Below, piece by piece: positions 37,475 through 46,185 of a DNA stretch of 64,000 nucleotides. Position 1 is the first letter of the stretch. Every line of letters starts with the position of its first letter. Under the pieces are notes generated by a model, which saw only the letters and a program-made list of their open reading frames with translations, was not told the DNA's origin and did not search any database. Made by a program: the position numbers and the translations under genes. Source of the stretch: Flavobacteriales bacterium (GTDB lineage: Bacteria > Bacteroidota > Bacteroidia > Flavobacteriales > UBA7430); the NCBI GenBank assembly GCA_965662265.1, contig CBFIGX010000003.1, positions 83,511 through 147,510 of the forward strand, in the 5' to 3' direction.

Positions 37475-37482
37475 TACATTTG
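37475..37482 (+). promoter_or_regulatory. '-7' box TACATTTG for the GT2-pyrC-DUF4296 unit
   Basis: TACATTTG lies 19 nt upstream of the ATG at 37501. Confidence 0.4.
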
Positions 37483-37500
37483 TTTCTCAATATCATGTAA

Positions 37501-38238
37501 ATGTCAGATTCACTCATCATAATTCCAACGTATAACGAGAAAGAAAATGTGGAGCGCATGCTTCGCAAAGTGTTCTCCTTGTCAAAGGAGTATCACGTAC
37601 TTATTGTTGACGATGGTTCTCCAGATGGAACATCAGCTATTGTAAAGAGTTTGCAAAGTGAGTTTCATGGAAAGTTATTTATAGAAGAACGGACAGGCAA
37701 GCTTGGTCTAGGGACTGCCTATATTCACGGTTTTCGTTGGGGCCTCGAAAGAGATTATGGTTATTTTATAGAAATGGACTGTGATTTTTCTCACAACCCA
37801 GAAGACCTTATTCGATTATACAACGCTTGCGCTCAAGAAGACAATGATTTGGCTATTGGTTCTAGATATGTAGGCGGATTGGTAAATGTAATTAACTGGC
37901 CCATCGGTAGGGTGATGATGTCTTATTTTGCTTCTAGATACGTCAAATTAATTACAGGATTACCTATAGATGATACTACGGCAGGCTTCAAATGCTATAA
38001 GCGAGAAGTAATCGAGAATGTGCTTCGGTCACAAGTTACTTTTGTAGGCTACGCCTTCCAAATAGAAATGAAGTTCAAATCATGGAAGTTTGGCTATAAA
38101 ATTAAAGAAGTTCCTGTTATCTTTACGGATAGAACTGAGGGTGAATCAAAGATGAGTACCTCGATTTTTTATGAAGCCTTTTTTGGGGTTATTCAGATGA
38201 AAATCAAATCTTTCTTCAAACGATACAAACAAGAATAG
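37501..38238 (+). CDS. family-2 glycosyltransferase, polyprenol/dolichol-phosphate mannose synthase-like
   Basis: 245 aa. It has IIIPTYNEKENV, VDDGSPDGT and the DPM1-like motifs MDCDFSH and GSRYV. Confidence 0.8.
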   Translation: MSDSLIIIPTYNEKENVERMLRKVFSLSKEYHVLIVDDGSPDGTSAIVKSLQSEFHGKLFIEERTGKLGLGTAYIHGFRWGLERDYGYFIEMDCDFSHNPEDLIRLYNACAQEDNDLAIGSRYVGGLVNVINWPIGRVMMSYFASRYVKLITGLPIDDTTAGFKCYKREVIENVLRSQVTFVGYAFQIEMKFKSWKFGYKIKEVPVIFTDRTEGESKMSTSIFYEAFFGVIQMKIKSFFKRYKQE

Positions 38239-38247
38239 TTTCCAAGC

Positions 38248-39579
38248 ATGAAGAAGTTGCTTAAAAATGCACAAGTGATTAATGAAGGTAAAATCTTTAA
38301 GGCCGACGTATTAATTCAGGACAATCGTATTGTCAAAATTCAAGCAAATATCAATCACGACTCTGCAGAGGTTTTTGATTTGTCTGGCAAGTACATTATG
38401 CCGGGTGTGATAGACGATCAAGTTCACTTTAGAGAACCAGGCCTAACACATAAGGGGCGCATATATACCGAGGCTAAAGCTGCAGTTGCAGGTGGAATAA
38501 CCTCTTTTATGGAAATGCCCAATACAAAACCACAGGCTTTAACACAGGCGCTTTTGGAAGACAAGTATGAAATTGGTGCTAAAGACTCGTTGGCAAATTA
38601 CTCATTCTTTATGGGGGCATCAAATGAGAATTTAGAAGAGGTACTCAAAACCAACCCTAAGAATGTGCCTGGTGTAAAAGTTTTTATGGGATCTTCTACA
38701 GGGAACATGCTTGTCGATAACAAAGAAGTATTGAATAAAATATTTTCTGAATGCGATATGTTAATTGCAGTGCATTGTGAAGACGAACAAACGATTAGAG
38801 ATAATTCTCAACGCATGAAAGAAGAGTATGGCGAAGATTTACCAATTAAGTTTCATCCGATTATTAGAAATGACAAAGCCTGTTATAAGTCTTCTTCGAT
38901 GGCAGTAGAATTGGCAAAGAAGCACAATACTAGATTGCATATTTTACATATTTCTACTGCTATTGAGACAGAACTGTTTCGAAATGACATTCCTTTGAAG
39001 GAGAAAAAAATAACTGCTGAAGCCTGTGTACATCATCTGTGGTTTGATGAATCAAGTTATGATGAGAAAGGTACTCATATTAAATGGAATCCAGCAGTAA
39101 AGTCTCTTGCCGATAGAGAAGGTGTTTGGAGGGCATTGCTCGACGATAGAATCGATATTATTGCTACAGACCATGCTCCACACACAATAGAGGAAAAAGC
39201 AAATACTTATTTTCGAGCACCTTCAGGAGGGCCTTTAGTTCAACACGCTTTGGTGGCAATGCTAGAATTTTACCACCTTGGAAAGATTAGCTTAGAGCGC
39301 TTGGTCGAAAAAATGTGTCATGCTCCTGCTGATTGTTTCCAAGTGAAAGATAGAGGGTATTTGAGAGAGGGATATTATGCAGATATTGTTGTTGTTGATA
39401 TAGATAAACCATGGATTGTAGAAAAAGAGAATATTCTTTATCACTGTGGTTGGTCTCCTTTTGAAGGTACACAATTTCGGGCTTCTATTCAGAAGACTTT
39501 TGTTAATGGAAACTTAGTATATAACGATGGTGTTTTTGATGAATCGAGTAGAGGTATGAGAATTCAGTACGATAGATAA
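38248..39579 (+). CDS. pyrC: dihydroorotase (amidohydrolase superfamily)
   Basis: 443 aa. It has PGVIDDQVHFREPG, VKVFMG, AVHCED, LHILHIST and ATDHAPH. The first His of the canonical HxH is Gln (see findings). Confidence 0.85.
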   Translation: MKKLLKNAQVINEGKIFKADVLIQDNRIVKIQANINHDSAEVFDLSGKYIMPGVIDDQVHFREPGLTHKGRIYTEAKAAVAGGITSFMEMPNTKPQALTQALLEDKYEIGAKDSLANYSFFMGASNENLEEVLKTNPKNVPGVKVFMGSSTGNMLVDNKEVLNKIFSECDMLIAVHCEDEQTIRDNSQRMKEEYGEDLPIKFHPIIRNDKACYKSSSMAVELAKKHNTRLHILHISTAIETELFRNDIPLKEKKITAEACVHHLWFDESSYDEKGTHIKWNPAVKSLADREGVWRALLDDRIDIIATDHAPHTIEEKANTYFRAPSGGPLVQHALVAMLEFYHLGKISLERLVEKMCHAPADCFQVKDRGYLREGYYADIVVVDIDKPWIVEKENILYHCGWSPFEGTQFRASIQKTFVNGNLVYNDGVFDESSRGMRIQYDR

Positions 39580-39580
39580 A

Positions 39581-39913
39581 ATGCGTAAGGTTATACTCAT
39601 CATAATCATAATTCTATTTTCTTGTGGCAATCGAAAGGAAAATTTACCTCCTGACGTACTCGCACAACAAGATATGATAGATGTACTTGTAGAGCTACAG
39701 ATATTAGAGTCTGCTTATAAGTTAAATTTAGTACCCTACATAAATTCAGATACACTTGCACTAGTAGATTACTACGATGCTGTTTTTAAAGATAAGACTT
39801 ATTCACTTGAAGATTTCAAGCGAAGCTATAACTATTACGCTAAACAGCCAGATGAAATAGAGGAATTATTTGACTCTACGCTTACTAGAATTCAACTCCT
39901 GGAGATGAATTAG
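39581..39913 (+). CDS. DUF4296-like lipoprotein
   Basis: 110 aa. It has a lipobox (IILFSCGN) and the position directly after dihydroorotase that I recall for DUF4296 genes in Flavobacteriia. Confidence 0.6.
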   Translation: MRKVILIIIIILFSCGNRKENLPPDVLAQQDMIDVLVELQILESAYKLNLVPYINSDTLALVDYYDAVFKDKTYSLEDFKRSYNYYAKQPDEIEELFDSTLTRIQLLEMN

Positions 39914-40922
39914 TATTCTTGTCGTTTAGGTAAAATTTACCATAAGTATCACAGCTTTCTTGAATAGATTTAAATTTATAGTTGAACAATTTGCGTATTC
40001 TCGTACTATCGTAAAAGTTTGATTTCGTTGCTGAAAGACAAGCTTCTTTAGTAAATGAAGTATTCTTACCACTAAAAAAAGTGTAAAGACTTGAGAGTCT
40101 CCACACCAAGCCTAATAAAAATCCTGAAGCAAGGTATTTAGGATTTTCTTTACCTAACACCTGTGCTATTTGTTCGAAAAGTATTTTGAAACTTGTATTA
40201 CTCCCATTGAGAATGAACCGTTGAGAATGAACATCACTATTCATTAATTTAATCATGATGCTTACCACATCCAGAACATCAACAAATCCATTTTTACCAT
40301 TCGGATAGAATGGCATTCCTTTGTCAATTTTTTTAAAAAATGAAGAACTTCCTTTGTCCCAAAATCCAGGGCCTAAGATAATGCTTGGATTTACAATTAC
40401 GGCATTTAAACCTTCTTCAATTCCTCTCCAAACCTCAAGCTCAGCTAGATGTTTGCTTTTTGAGTAATTGCTATTTTCTGGACTGTCTACCCATTCACAA
40501 TCTTCATTAATAGTTGTCTGGTCAATGTTTTTACCAAGAGATGCGACAGAAGATACATGACATAATTTTTGAATATGTTTATCCAAACACATGTTAACTA
40601 TGTTTGCAGTGACTTGTGTGTTATGTCTGAAAGTCTCTTTTTTATCTTTCGTATGGAAGCTTACAAGAGCCGCACAGTGGTATACTTGACTTACTCCATC
40701 AAAGCAGCTTCTTAGATCAAAATAGTCTGATAAGTCAGCCTCTACCCATTCTATTTTTTTTAGTAATACATCGGGTTGATTACTGAAGTAGGAAAAGACC
40801 TTAGCGACCATAGATATATCAGAAGAGGCTCTTTTTGTAGCCCTAATCGTATCGTATTCACCACACAATTTATAGAGTAGGTGTGATCCTACTAAACCTG
40901 TACCTCCAGTAACTAAAATCAT
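39885..40922 (-). CDS. NAD-dependent epimerase/dehydratase (extended SDR) family protein
   Basis: 345 aa. It has the Rossmann motif ILVTGGTGLVGSHL and the catalytic YSKSK. Its 3' end overlaps the DUF4296 gene by 29 bp (convergent). Confidence 0.8.
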   Translation of the reverse strand: MILVTGGTGLVGSHLLYKLCGEYDTIRATKRASSDISMVAKVFSYFSNQPDVLLKKIEWVEADLSDYFDLRSCFDGVSQVYHCAALVSFHTKDKKETFRHNTQVTANIVNMCLDKHIQKLCHVSSVASLGKNIDQTTINEDCEWVDSPENSNYSKSKHLAELEVWRGIEEGLNAVIVNPSIILGPGFWDKGSSSFFKKIDKGMPFYPNGKNGFVDVLDVVSIMIKLMNSDVHSQRFILNGSNTSFKILFEQIAQVLGKENPKYLASGFLLGLVWRLSSLYTFFSGKNTSFTKEACLSATKSNFYDSTRIRKLFNYKFKSIQESCDTYGKFYLNDKNTNSSPGVEF

Positions 40923-41002
40923 GAGTGAAAGATAAGTAAATATGGTGTTTTAAATACAGAATAAAACGTCTATTTTTACCACTCTAAAAACGATCAAGAA
41001 CT

Positions 41003-42277
41003 ATGAATTTTGTTGAAGAATTAAAATGGAGAGGTATGATTCACGATATCATGCCAGGAACAGAAGAACAACTTCAAAAGCAAATGACATCAGCTTATAT
41101 AGGTTTTGACCCTACAGCCGACTCTTTGCACATTGGTAGTTTGGTTCAAATAATGACTCTTGTTCATTTCCAACGAGCAGGACACAAGCCATTTGCATTA
41201 GTTGGCGGTGCAACAGGGATGGTAGGTGACCCCTCTGGAAAGTCCAAAGAACGAAACTTATTGTCCGAAGAGGTGTTAAACCATAATGTAGCATGCGTCC
41301 ATAAGCAGCTTGCTCAATTTTTAGATTTTGATTGTGGTGATAATTCTGCCGAAATGGTAAATAACTACGATTGGTTTAAAGACATAAATTTCCTAGACTT
41401 TATTCGTGACGTTGGAAAGCATATTACAGTAAACTATATGATGGCAAAAGATTCTGTAAAGAGTAGGTTAGAAACGGGATTGTCTTTTACAGAGTTTACA
41501 TATCAACTTGTTCAGGGTTATGACTTTTATCATTTATATAAAGAGAAGAACTGTAAATTGCAGTTAGGTGGTTCCGACCAATGGGGTAATATTGTTACTG
41601 GTACCGAGCTAATTAGAAGAAAGGCAAGAGGAGAAGCTTTTGCTATTACTACGCCACTGATTAAAAAAGCCGATGGTACTAAGTTTGGTAAAACAGAAGG
41701 AGGCAATGTTTGGTTAGATGCAGAAAGAACTTCACCGTATAAATTTTATCAGTATTGGTTAAACTCTTCTGATGCAGATGCTAAAAACTATATTAAGATT
41801 TTCACACTTTTGTCTAAAGATGAAATCGATTCCTTGATTTATGAGCACGATCAGGCTCCACATTTGCGCCTTTTGCAAAAAACACTTGGAAAGGATGTAA
41901 CCTCTAGAGTACATAGTGAGCAAGCTTACCATAAAGCTATTGAAGCTTCTGAAATTTTGTTTGGAAAGAATACCGCAGATAAATTAAAATCCATTAAAGA
42001 GAGAGATTTATTAGACATATTTGATGGCGTTCCACAGTTTGAAATTCCAATGGCTGACATTGAAGTAGGAGCACAGGTGATAGATCTTTTAGCTCAAAAA
42101 TCGCAAGTGTTTAGTTCAAATGGTGATGCTAGAAGGATGTTAAAGTCTAATGCTATAAGCATAAATAAAGCAAAAGTGAGCGAGAATCATATCATTACTA
42201 AAAAGAACTTATTAAAGGATAAATATATATTAGTGCAGAAAGGAAAGAAAAATTACTATTTGTTAAAGGCAATTTAA
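41003..42277 (+). CDS. tyrS: tyrosyl-tRNA synthetase
   Basis: 424 aa. It has a HIGH variant (SLHIGSL), GGSDQWGNI, a KMSKS variant (KFGKT) and a C-terminal S4 domain. Confidence 0.93.
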   Translation: MNFVEELKWRGMIHDIMPGTEEQLQKQMTSAYIGFDPTADSLHIGSLVQIMTLVHFQRAGHKPFALVGGATGMVGDPSGKSKERNLLSEEVLNHNVACVHKQLAQFLDFDCGDNSAEMVNNYDWFKDINFLDFIRDVGKHITVNYMMAKDSVKSRLETGLSFTEFTYQLVQGYDFYHLYKEKNCKLQLGGSDQWGNIVTGTELIRRKARGEAFAITTPLIKKADGTKFGKTEGGNVWLDAERTSPYKFYQYWLNSSDADAKNYIKIFTLLSKDEIDSLIYEHDQAPHLRLLQKTLGKDVTSRVHSEQAYHKAIEASEILFGKNTADKLKSIKERDLLDIFDGVPQFEIPMADIEVGAQVIDLLAQKSQVFSSNGDARRMLKSNAISINKAKVSENHIITKKNLLKDKYILVQKGKKNYYLLKAI

Positions 42278-42394
42278 AGTACTAAAATTAGATTTACCTT
42301 TCTGGGAGATAAAAAATCTAGAAGATACACATACGAAGACTACTTTTGGTTTAATAAAAACCACTATTGAGGGTTCAAATATTAGGAACGTTCA

Positions 42395-42730
42395 TTGCCT
42401 CTAACCGAGATAAAAATTGTTAGGTATTCTGGATTTATTGGAGATATTTTTTTTGCTATGGTTGGTTGTATTTGGCACCATTATGCAGGCGATGTTTCGC
42501 ATGGTCGATTGATGGCTAAAGGGTTTGAAAATACTCCGACAGAATTCCATTTTTTACAGATTGTTGCCCCTGTTTTCTTGTTAATTTTAACACGATTGAA
42601 AACGTCTGTATCTACTACCTTTATTTGTCTTACCGCATTTGCTACTGCACCAGCCGAAATTGATAAAATTTTGGCAAAAACTATGAGTGGTTATGTCCTA
42701 GCTTTTTTTGTGTTTTTAGCTATTTCTTAA
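42395..42730 (+). CDS. doubtful ORF: small hydrophobic protein or remnant of a degraded membrane-transporter gene
   Basis: 111 codons from a TTG, with a stop three codons upstream and no ATG near the 5' end. It has four hydrophobic stretches. The ...SVSTT... segment faintly recalls the C-terminus of PiT-type phosphate transporters, but this is not verifiable by eye. Confidence 0.25.
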   Translation: MPLTEIKIVRYSGFIGDIFFAMVGCIWHHYAGDVSHGRLMAKGFENTPTEFHFLQIVAPVFLLILTRLKTSVSTTFICLTAFATAPAEIDKILAKTMSGYVLAFFVFLAIS

Positions 42731-42801
42731 CTTGATATCAAGAATTATTAGTAATATAGCAATGCTAATCCTATAAAGACTTTAAAACTAAACCTTTGCT
42801 T

Positions 42802-43497
42802 ATGAATAATCGTATATTACTTGTTGATGATGAGAGTGATATTTTAGAGTTTCTTAGCTATAATCTTGTAAAAGAGGGTTTTCAAGTAGTTACGGCTTCT
42901 AATGGTAAAGAAGCCTTAGAGAAGTTAAAAGATTTTAATGCAAATTTAATAGTATTAGATGTAATGATGCCAGGTATAGACGGTATCGAAACTTGTGAGC
43001 GCATTCGTTCTAACCCATCATACGATAATATCTTGATTGCTTTCCTAACAGCAAGGGCAGAAGATTACTCTCAAGTCGCAGGTTTAGAGGCTGGTGCAGA
43101 CGATTATATTCAAAAACCAATAAAGCCTAAAGTGTTAATAAGTAGAGTAAAAGCATTGCTTCGTCGAAATACAAAGACCAGTGATATTACAGTGCATAAA
43201 GATGTTATAGAGATAGCTGATATTATTATTAATAGAGAAAGTTATGTAGTTTATATAGATGCAGAACCTATAAAACTCCCAAGAAAAGAATTTGAAATAC
43301 TCTACTTGTTAGCCTCAAAGGCTGGGAAAGTATTTAAACGTGATGAGATTTTTGAAAAGGTATGGAGTGATGATGTGGTGGTAGGAGGCAGAACGATTGA
43401 TGTTCACGTTCAAAAATTAAGAGGAAAACTAGGCCGTAATTATATTGAGACTGTAAAAGGAGTAGGATATAAATTCATATTTGATGATCAAGAGTAA
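42802..43497 (+). CDS. OmpR/PhoB-family response regulator
   Basis: The start is the ATG at 42802 (MNNRILLVDDE). It has a receiver domain (LDVMMPGIDG, KP) and a winged-helix output domain (REFEILYLLA..., GVGYKF). Confidence 0.88.
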   Translation: MNNRILLVDDESDILEFLSYNLVKEGFQVVTASNGKEALEKLKDFNANLIVLDVMMPGIDGIETCERIRSNPSYDNILIAFLTARAEDYSQVAGLEAGADDYIQKPIKPKVLISRVKALLRRNTKTSDITVHKDVIEIADIIINRESYVVYIDAEPIKLPRKEFEILYLLASKAGKVFKRDEIFEKVWSDDVVVGGRTIDVHVQKLRGKLGRNYIETVKGVGYKFIFDDQE

Positions 43498-44545
43498 GCC
43501 TCTATTCGATAGATTAAGCAAGAGCATGGAACAATCCTGGTTTGTTTCATTTGTTTCCTCATTTGCGATAATGCTGATTTTAGAACTGCAAATAGTTTTA
43601 TTCGATTTACCATTATCAATAAGACAATCTCTAATTCTAGTTAGTGTAGTTGGTATCGCGTCTTTCTTTTTAATAAGATGGTTTATAGATGAGTTTATTT
43701 ACAACAAGATTAAACTTATTTATAAAAATATTACCGACTCAAAATCTCGCTCTAGGGAATCCAAAAACTTAGATATTAAGAAGGTAAAGAAAGATGTAAA
43801 TCTATGGCATGAAAATAGAGAAAATGAGATCCAAAAATTGGAGATTCGTGAAAGTTATAGAAGACAGTTTATAGGTAATGTTGCACATGAGTTAAAAACA
43901 CCAATATTTAATATACAAGGTTATATTGGTACTCTTCTGGATGGAGCAATTGACGATGAGCAGATTAATAGAAAGTTTTTAGAACGAGCCAACAAGTCTG
44001 TAGAACGAATGATTCACATAGTAGAAGACTTAGATCAGATTACAAAACTTGAAGAAGGTCATGCTTTGCTTGAGGAGCAACCTGTTGATATAGTGGATGT
44101 AATTTTAGAGCTATTAGACCAACTTGAATTTAAAGCTAAAGAAAGAGGAGTTATTCTTAATGTTCGTTTTCCAAAAAAGGGTAGATACTGGGTAGATGTT
44201 GATGTTGAGAAGATAAAACAAGTGTTAATCAATTTAATTGTCAATGCAATTAAATACGGAAGAGAAAATGGAGAAGTCATTATTAGAACTTACGATATGG
44301 ACAAGCAAATTCTTGTGGAAGTAGCTGATAATGGGTACGGAATACCGAATGAGCATTTAAGCAAAATTTTTGAACGCTTTTATAGAGTAGATAAATCTAG
44401 AGATAGAGATAAAGGGGGTTCAGGACTCGGATTATCTATAGTGAAACATATCATCGAAGCTCATGGGCAAACAATTAATGTGAGAAGTACTGAAGGTAAA
44501 GGGACTACATTTTCGTTTACTCTTAAAAAATCGAGTTTTAATTAG
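43481..44545 (+). CDS. sensor histidine kinase (HisKA + HATPase_c)
   Basis: 354 aa with two N-terminal TM segments. It has the H-box NVAHELKTP, the N-box LINLIVNAIKYG and the G-boxes DNGYGIP and GGSGLGLSIV. It overlaps the regulator gene by 17 bp. Confidence 0.88.
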   Translation: MMIKSKPLFDRLSKSMEQSWFVSFVSSFAIMLILELQIVLFDLPLSIRQSLILVSVVGIASFFLIRWFIDEFIYNKIKLIYKNITDSKSRSRESKNLDIKKVKKDVNLWHENRENEIQKLEIRESYRRQFIGNVAHELKTPIFNIQGYIGTLLDGAIDDEQINRKFLERANKSVERMIHIVEDLDQITKLEEGHALLEEQPVDIVDVILELLDQLEFKAKERGVILNVRFPKKGRYWVDVDVEKIKQVLINLIVNAIKYGRENGEVIIRTYDMDKQILVEVADNGYGIPNEHLSKIFERFYRVDKSRDRDKGGSGLGLSIVKHIIEAHGQTINVRSTEGKGTTFSFTLKKSSFN

Positions 44546-44551
44546 ACTCTT

Positions 44552-45073
44552 TTAAGAATGATGTTTTTCGATTAACTTTTTTAGCAGCTCGTAATTTACT
44601 TGTGATTGAGCCTGCATGCCTCCATTCATTATATACATTAGAGATTTATAAAACAGATTGGTTCCTTCCATAGTGGTATAAGTTGTTATTGTTGTTTCTC
44701 GTTCGTTTCCTTCAAAGTAGACCTCGACTCTTCCTAGAAACAATTCAGTCTCCATGTTAAAAATAAATTTTTCATTTCTTTTGATGTCAACAAGCTCTTC
44801 TATAAATTGATACGTATTATCTTCTTGTTCAAAATAAACGATAAATCGCGATCCAGGCATTAAAGGAGATCCAGTAATTACTTCACTACCCACATATCCT
44901 AATAGCCACTTGGATGTTAGACTGTCGGTTATAAAAACCTCATATGAATCTTCTACTGAAGCGTTAACAACAACTTCGTTTTGGTAGCTAGTGCTATTGT
45001 GGAATATACCCAAACTAAAAAATGCTAAAGTAATTCCAAAAAGGCCTAACAGTGTATATTTGACAAATTGCAT
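44552..45073 (-). CDS. hypothetical membrane-anchored protein, possibly SRPBCC-fold
   Basis: 173 aa with an N-terminal TM segment (YTLLGLFGITLAFFSLGIF). The size and strand/helix pattern are reminiscent of the SRPBCC/polyketide-cyclase-like fold, but no diagnostic motif is present. Confidence 0.4.
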   Translation of the reverse strand: MQFVKYTLLGLFGITLAFFSLGIFHNSTSYQNEVVVNASVEDSYEVFITDSLTSKWLLGYVGSEVITGSPLMPGSRFIVYFEQEDNTYQFIEELVDIKRNEKFIFNMETELFLGRVEVYFEGNERETTITTYTTMEGTNLFYKSLMYIMNGGMQAQSQVNYELLKKLIEKHHS

Positions 45074-45123
45074 AATTCATATCTTTTGTTCAAATATAAA
45101 AAAAGGATTCGATTGTGAATTTG

Positions 45124-45131
45124 TATTTTTG
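45124..45131 (+). promoter_or_regulatory. '-7' box TATTTTTG for trmB
   Basis: TATTTTTG lies 20 nt upstream of the TTG start at 45152. Confidence 0.4.
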
Positions 45132-45151
45132 TAAACTTAAATTGTTAGATT

Positions 45152-45829
45152 TTGGGAAAGAATAAACATAAAAAGTTTGCTGAAAATGAGACATTTGACA
45201 TTATGGTCCAAGCTCCACGTGCAGACTTACTGCTAAATGGCCTGAAGTATAAAGGTAAATGGCACCAACACTTTTTTAACAATGACAACCCTATTGTTTT
45301 AGAATTAGGCTGTGGTAAAGGAGAGTATACTGTCGGTTTAGCCGAAAAATTCCCTAATAAAAATTTTATTGGCATTGACATAAAAGGTGCCCGAATGTGG
45401 AGGGGAGCACGGACCGCTACTGACAATAAGATGACTAATGTAGGGTTTTTAAGAACGAAAATTGAATATTTAAACTCCTGTTTTGCAAAAGGAGAAGTAA
45501 GTGAATTATGGATTACATTTCCTGATCCTCAAATAAAATATAGGCGCAGAAAGAAGCGATTAACAGCTCCAGACATGTTGGAAGTTTACAGAGATATACT
45601 TTCTGACAAAGGAGTGATATTCTTAAAGACAGATTCTCAGTTTTTGCATGGATACACACTAGGAATTATAGAAGGTTTCGGTCATGAACTATTAGATTCT
45701 AGTTATGACATTGATAGACAAAAACCTAACGATAAACTATTGCAGATCCGGACTAATTATGAGGAGATTTTTAGAGATAAAGGAATGACAATAACTTACA
45801 TAAAATTTAAATTGTCAAAGCGTGACTGA
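45152..45829 (+). CDS. trmB: tRNA (guanine46-N7)-methyltransferase
   Basis: 225 aa with a TTG start that preserves the conserved GKNK..KFAENETF N-terminus. It has the SAM motif LELGCGKGEY and FPDPQIK. Confidence 0.88.
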   Translation: MGKNKHKKFAENETFDIMVQAPRADLLLNGLKYKGKWHQHFFNNDNPIVLELGCGKGEYTVGLAEKFPNKNFIGIDIKGARMWRGARTATDNKMTNVGFLRTKIEYLNSCFAKGEVSELWITFPDPQIKYRRRKKRLTAPDMLEVYRDILSDKGVIFLKTDSQFLHGYTLGIIEGFGHELLDSSYDIDRQKPNDKLLQIRTNYEEIFRDKGMTITYIKFKLSKRD

Positions 45830-46148
45830 GGTGCAGAAATCATTTTTTGAGAAATGTTATGAGGTGGCTGCTAAAATTCCACAAGGTCGGGTTACGACAT
45901 ACGGTGCTATTGCAAAGTATTTAGGTGCTGCCCGTTCTGCAAGAATGGTTGGTTGGGCAATGAATAAGACTAAAGGTTCAGATATTCCTGCTCATAGAGT
46001 GGTCAATAGAACTGGGCTTTTAACTGGGAAGCATCATTTTGATGGAGTGAACTTTATGAAACAGTTGTTACAAAATGAAGGTGTAAAATTTGATGGGGAT
46101 CAAATCCTAAATTTTAAAGAAGTATTTTGGGATCCTACTGATGAATAA
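45822..46148 (+). CDS. MGMT-family DNA-binding protein lacking the acceptor cysteine (alkyltransferase-like, ATL)
   Basis: 108 aa. It has IPQGRVTTYGAIA...ARMVGWAM...IPAHRVVNRTG. The PCHRV active site reads PAHRV, with the Ala codon at 45990..45992. It overlaps trmB by 8 bp. Confidence 0.8.
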   Translation: MTEVQKSFFEKCYEVAAKIPQGRVTTYGAIAKYLGAARSARMVGWAMNKTKGSDIPAHRVVNRTGLLTGKHHFDGVNFMKQLLQNEGVKFDGDQILNFKEVFWDPTDE

Positions 46149-46160
46149 TTAGGGTTTTCA

Positions 46161-46168
46161 TACCTTTG
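46161..46168 (+). promoter_or_regulatory. '-7' box TACCTTTG for apbC
   Basis: TACCTTTG lies 17 nt upstream of the ATG at 46186. Confidence 0.4.
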
Positions 46169-46185
46169 TATTGTAAAAATCAAAC

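Noticed and set aside
13918-42277. Four aminoacyl-tRNA synthetase genes (asnS, aspS, metG, tyrS) fall within 29 kb, which could suggest a functional cluster.
   Set aside because: They are on different strands, in separate transcription units with their own -7 boxes and terminators, and are interleaved with unrelated genes. This is most simply coincidence.
42473-42487. TGGCAC-CATTA-TGCA resembles a sigma-54 -24/-12 promoter, and rpoN is in this window.
   Set aside because: The GC of the -12 element is one nucleotide too close to the GG (TGGCAC-N5-TGCA rather than TGGCAC-N5-TTGC). No enhancer-binding-protein gene is adjacent, and it lies inside the doubtful ORF at 42395..42730. Sigma-54 spacing is normally strict.
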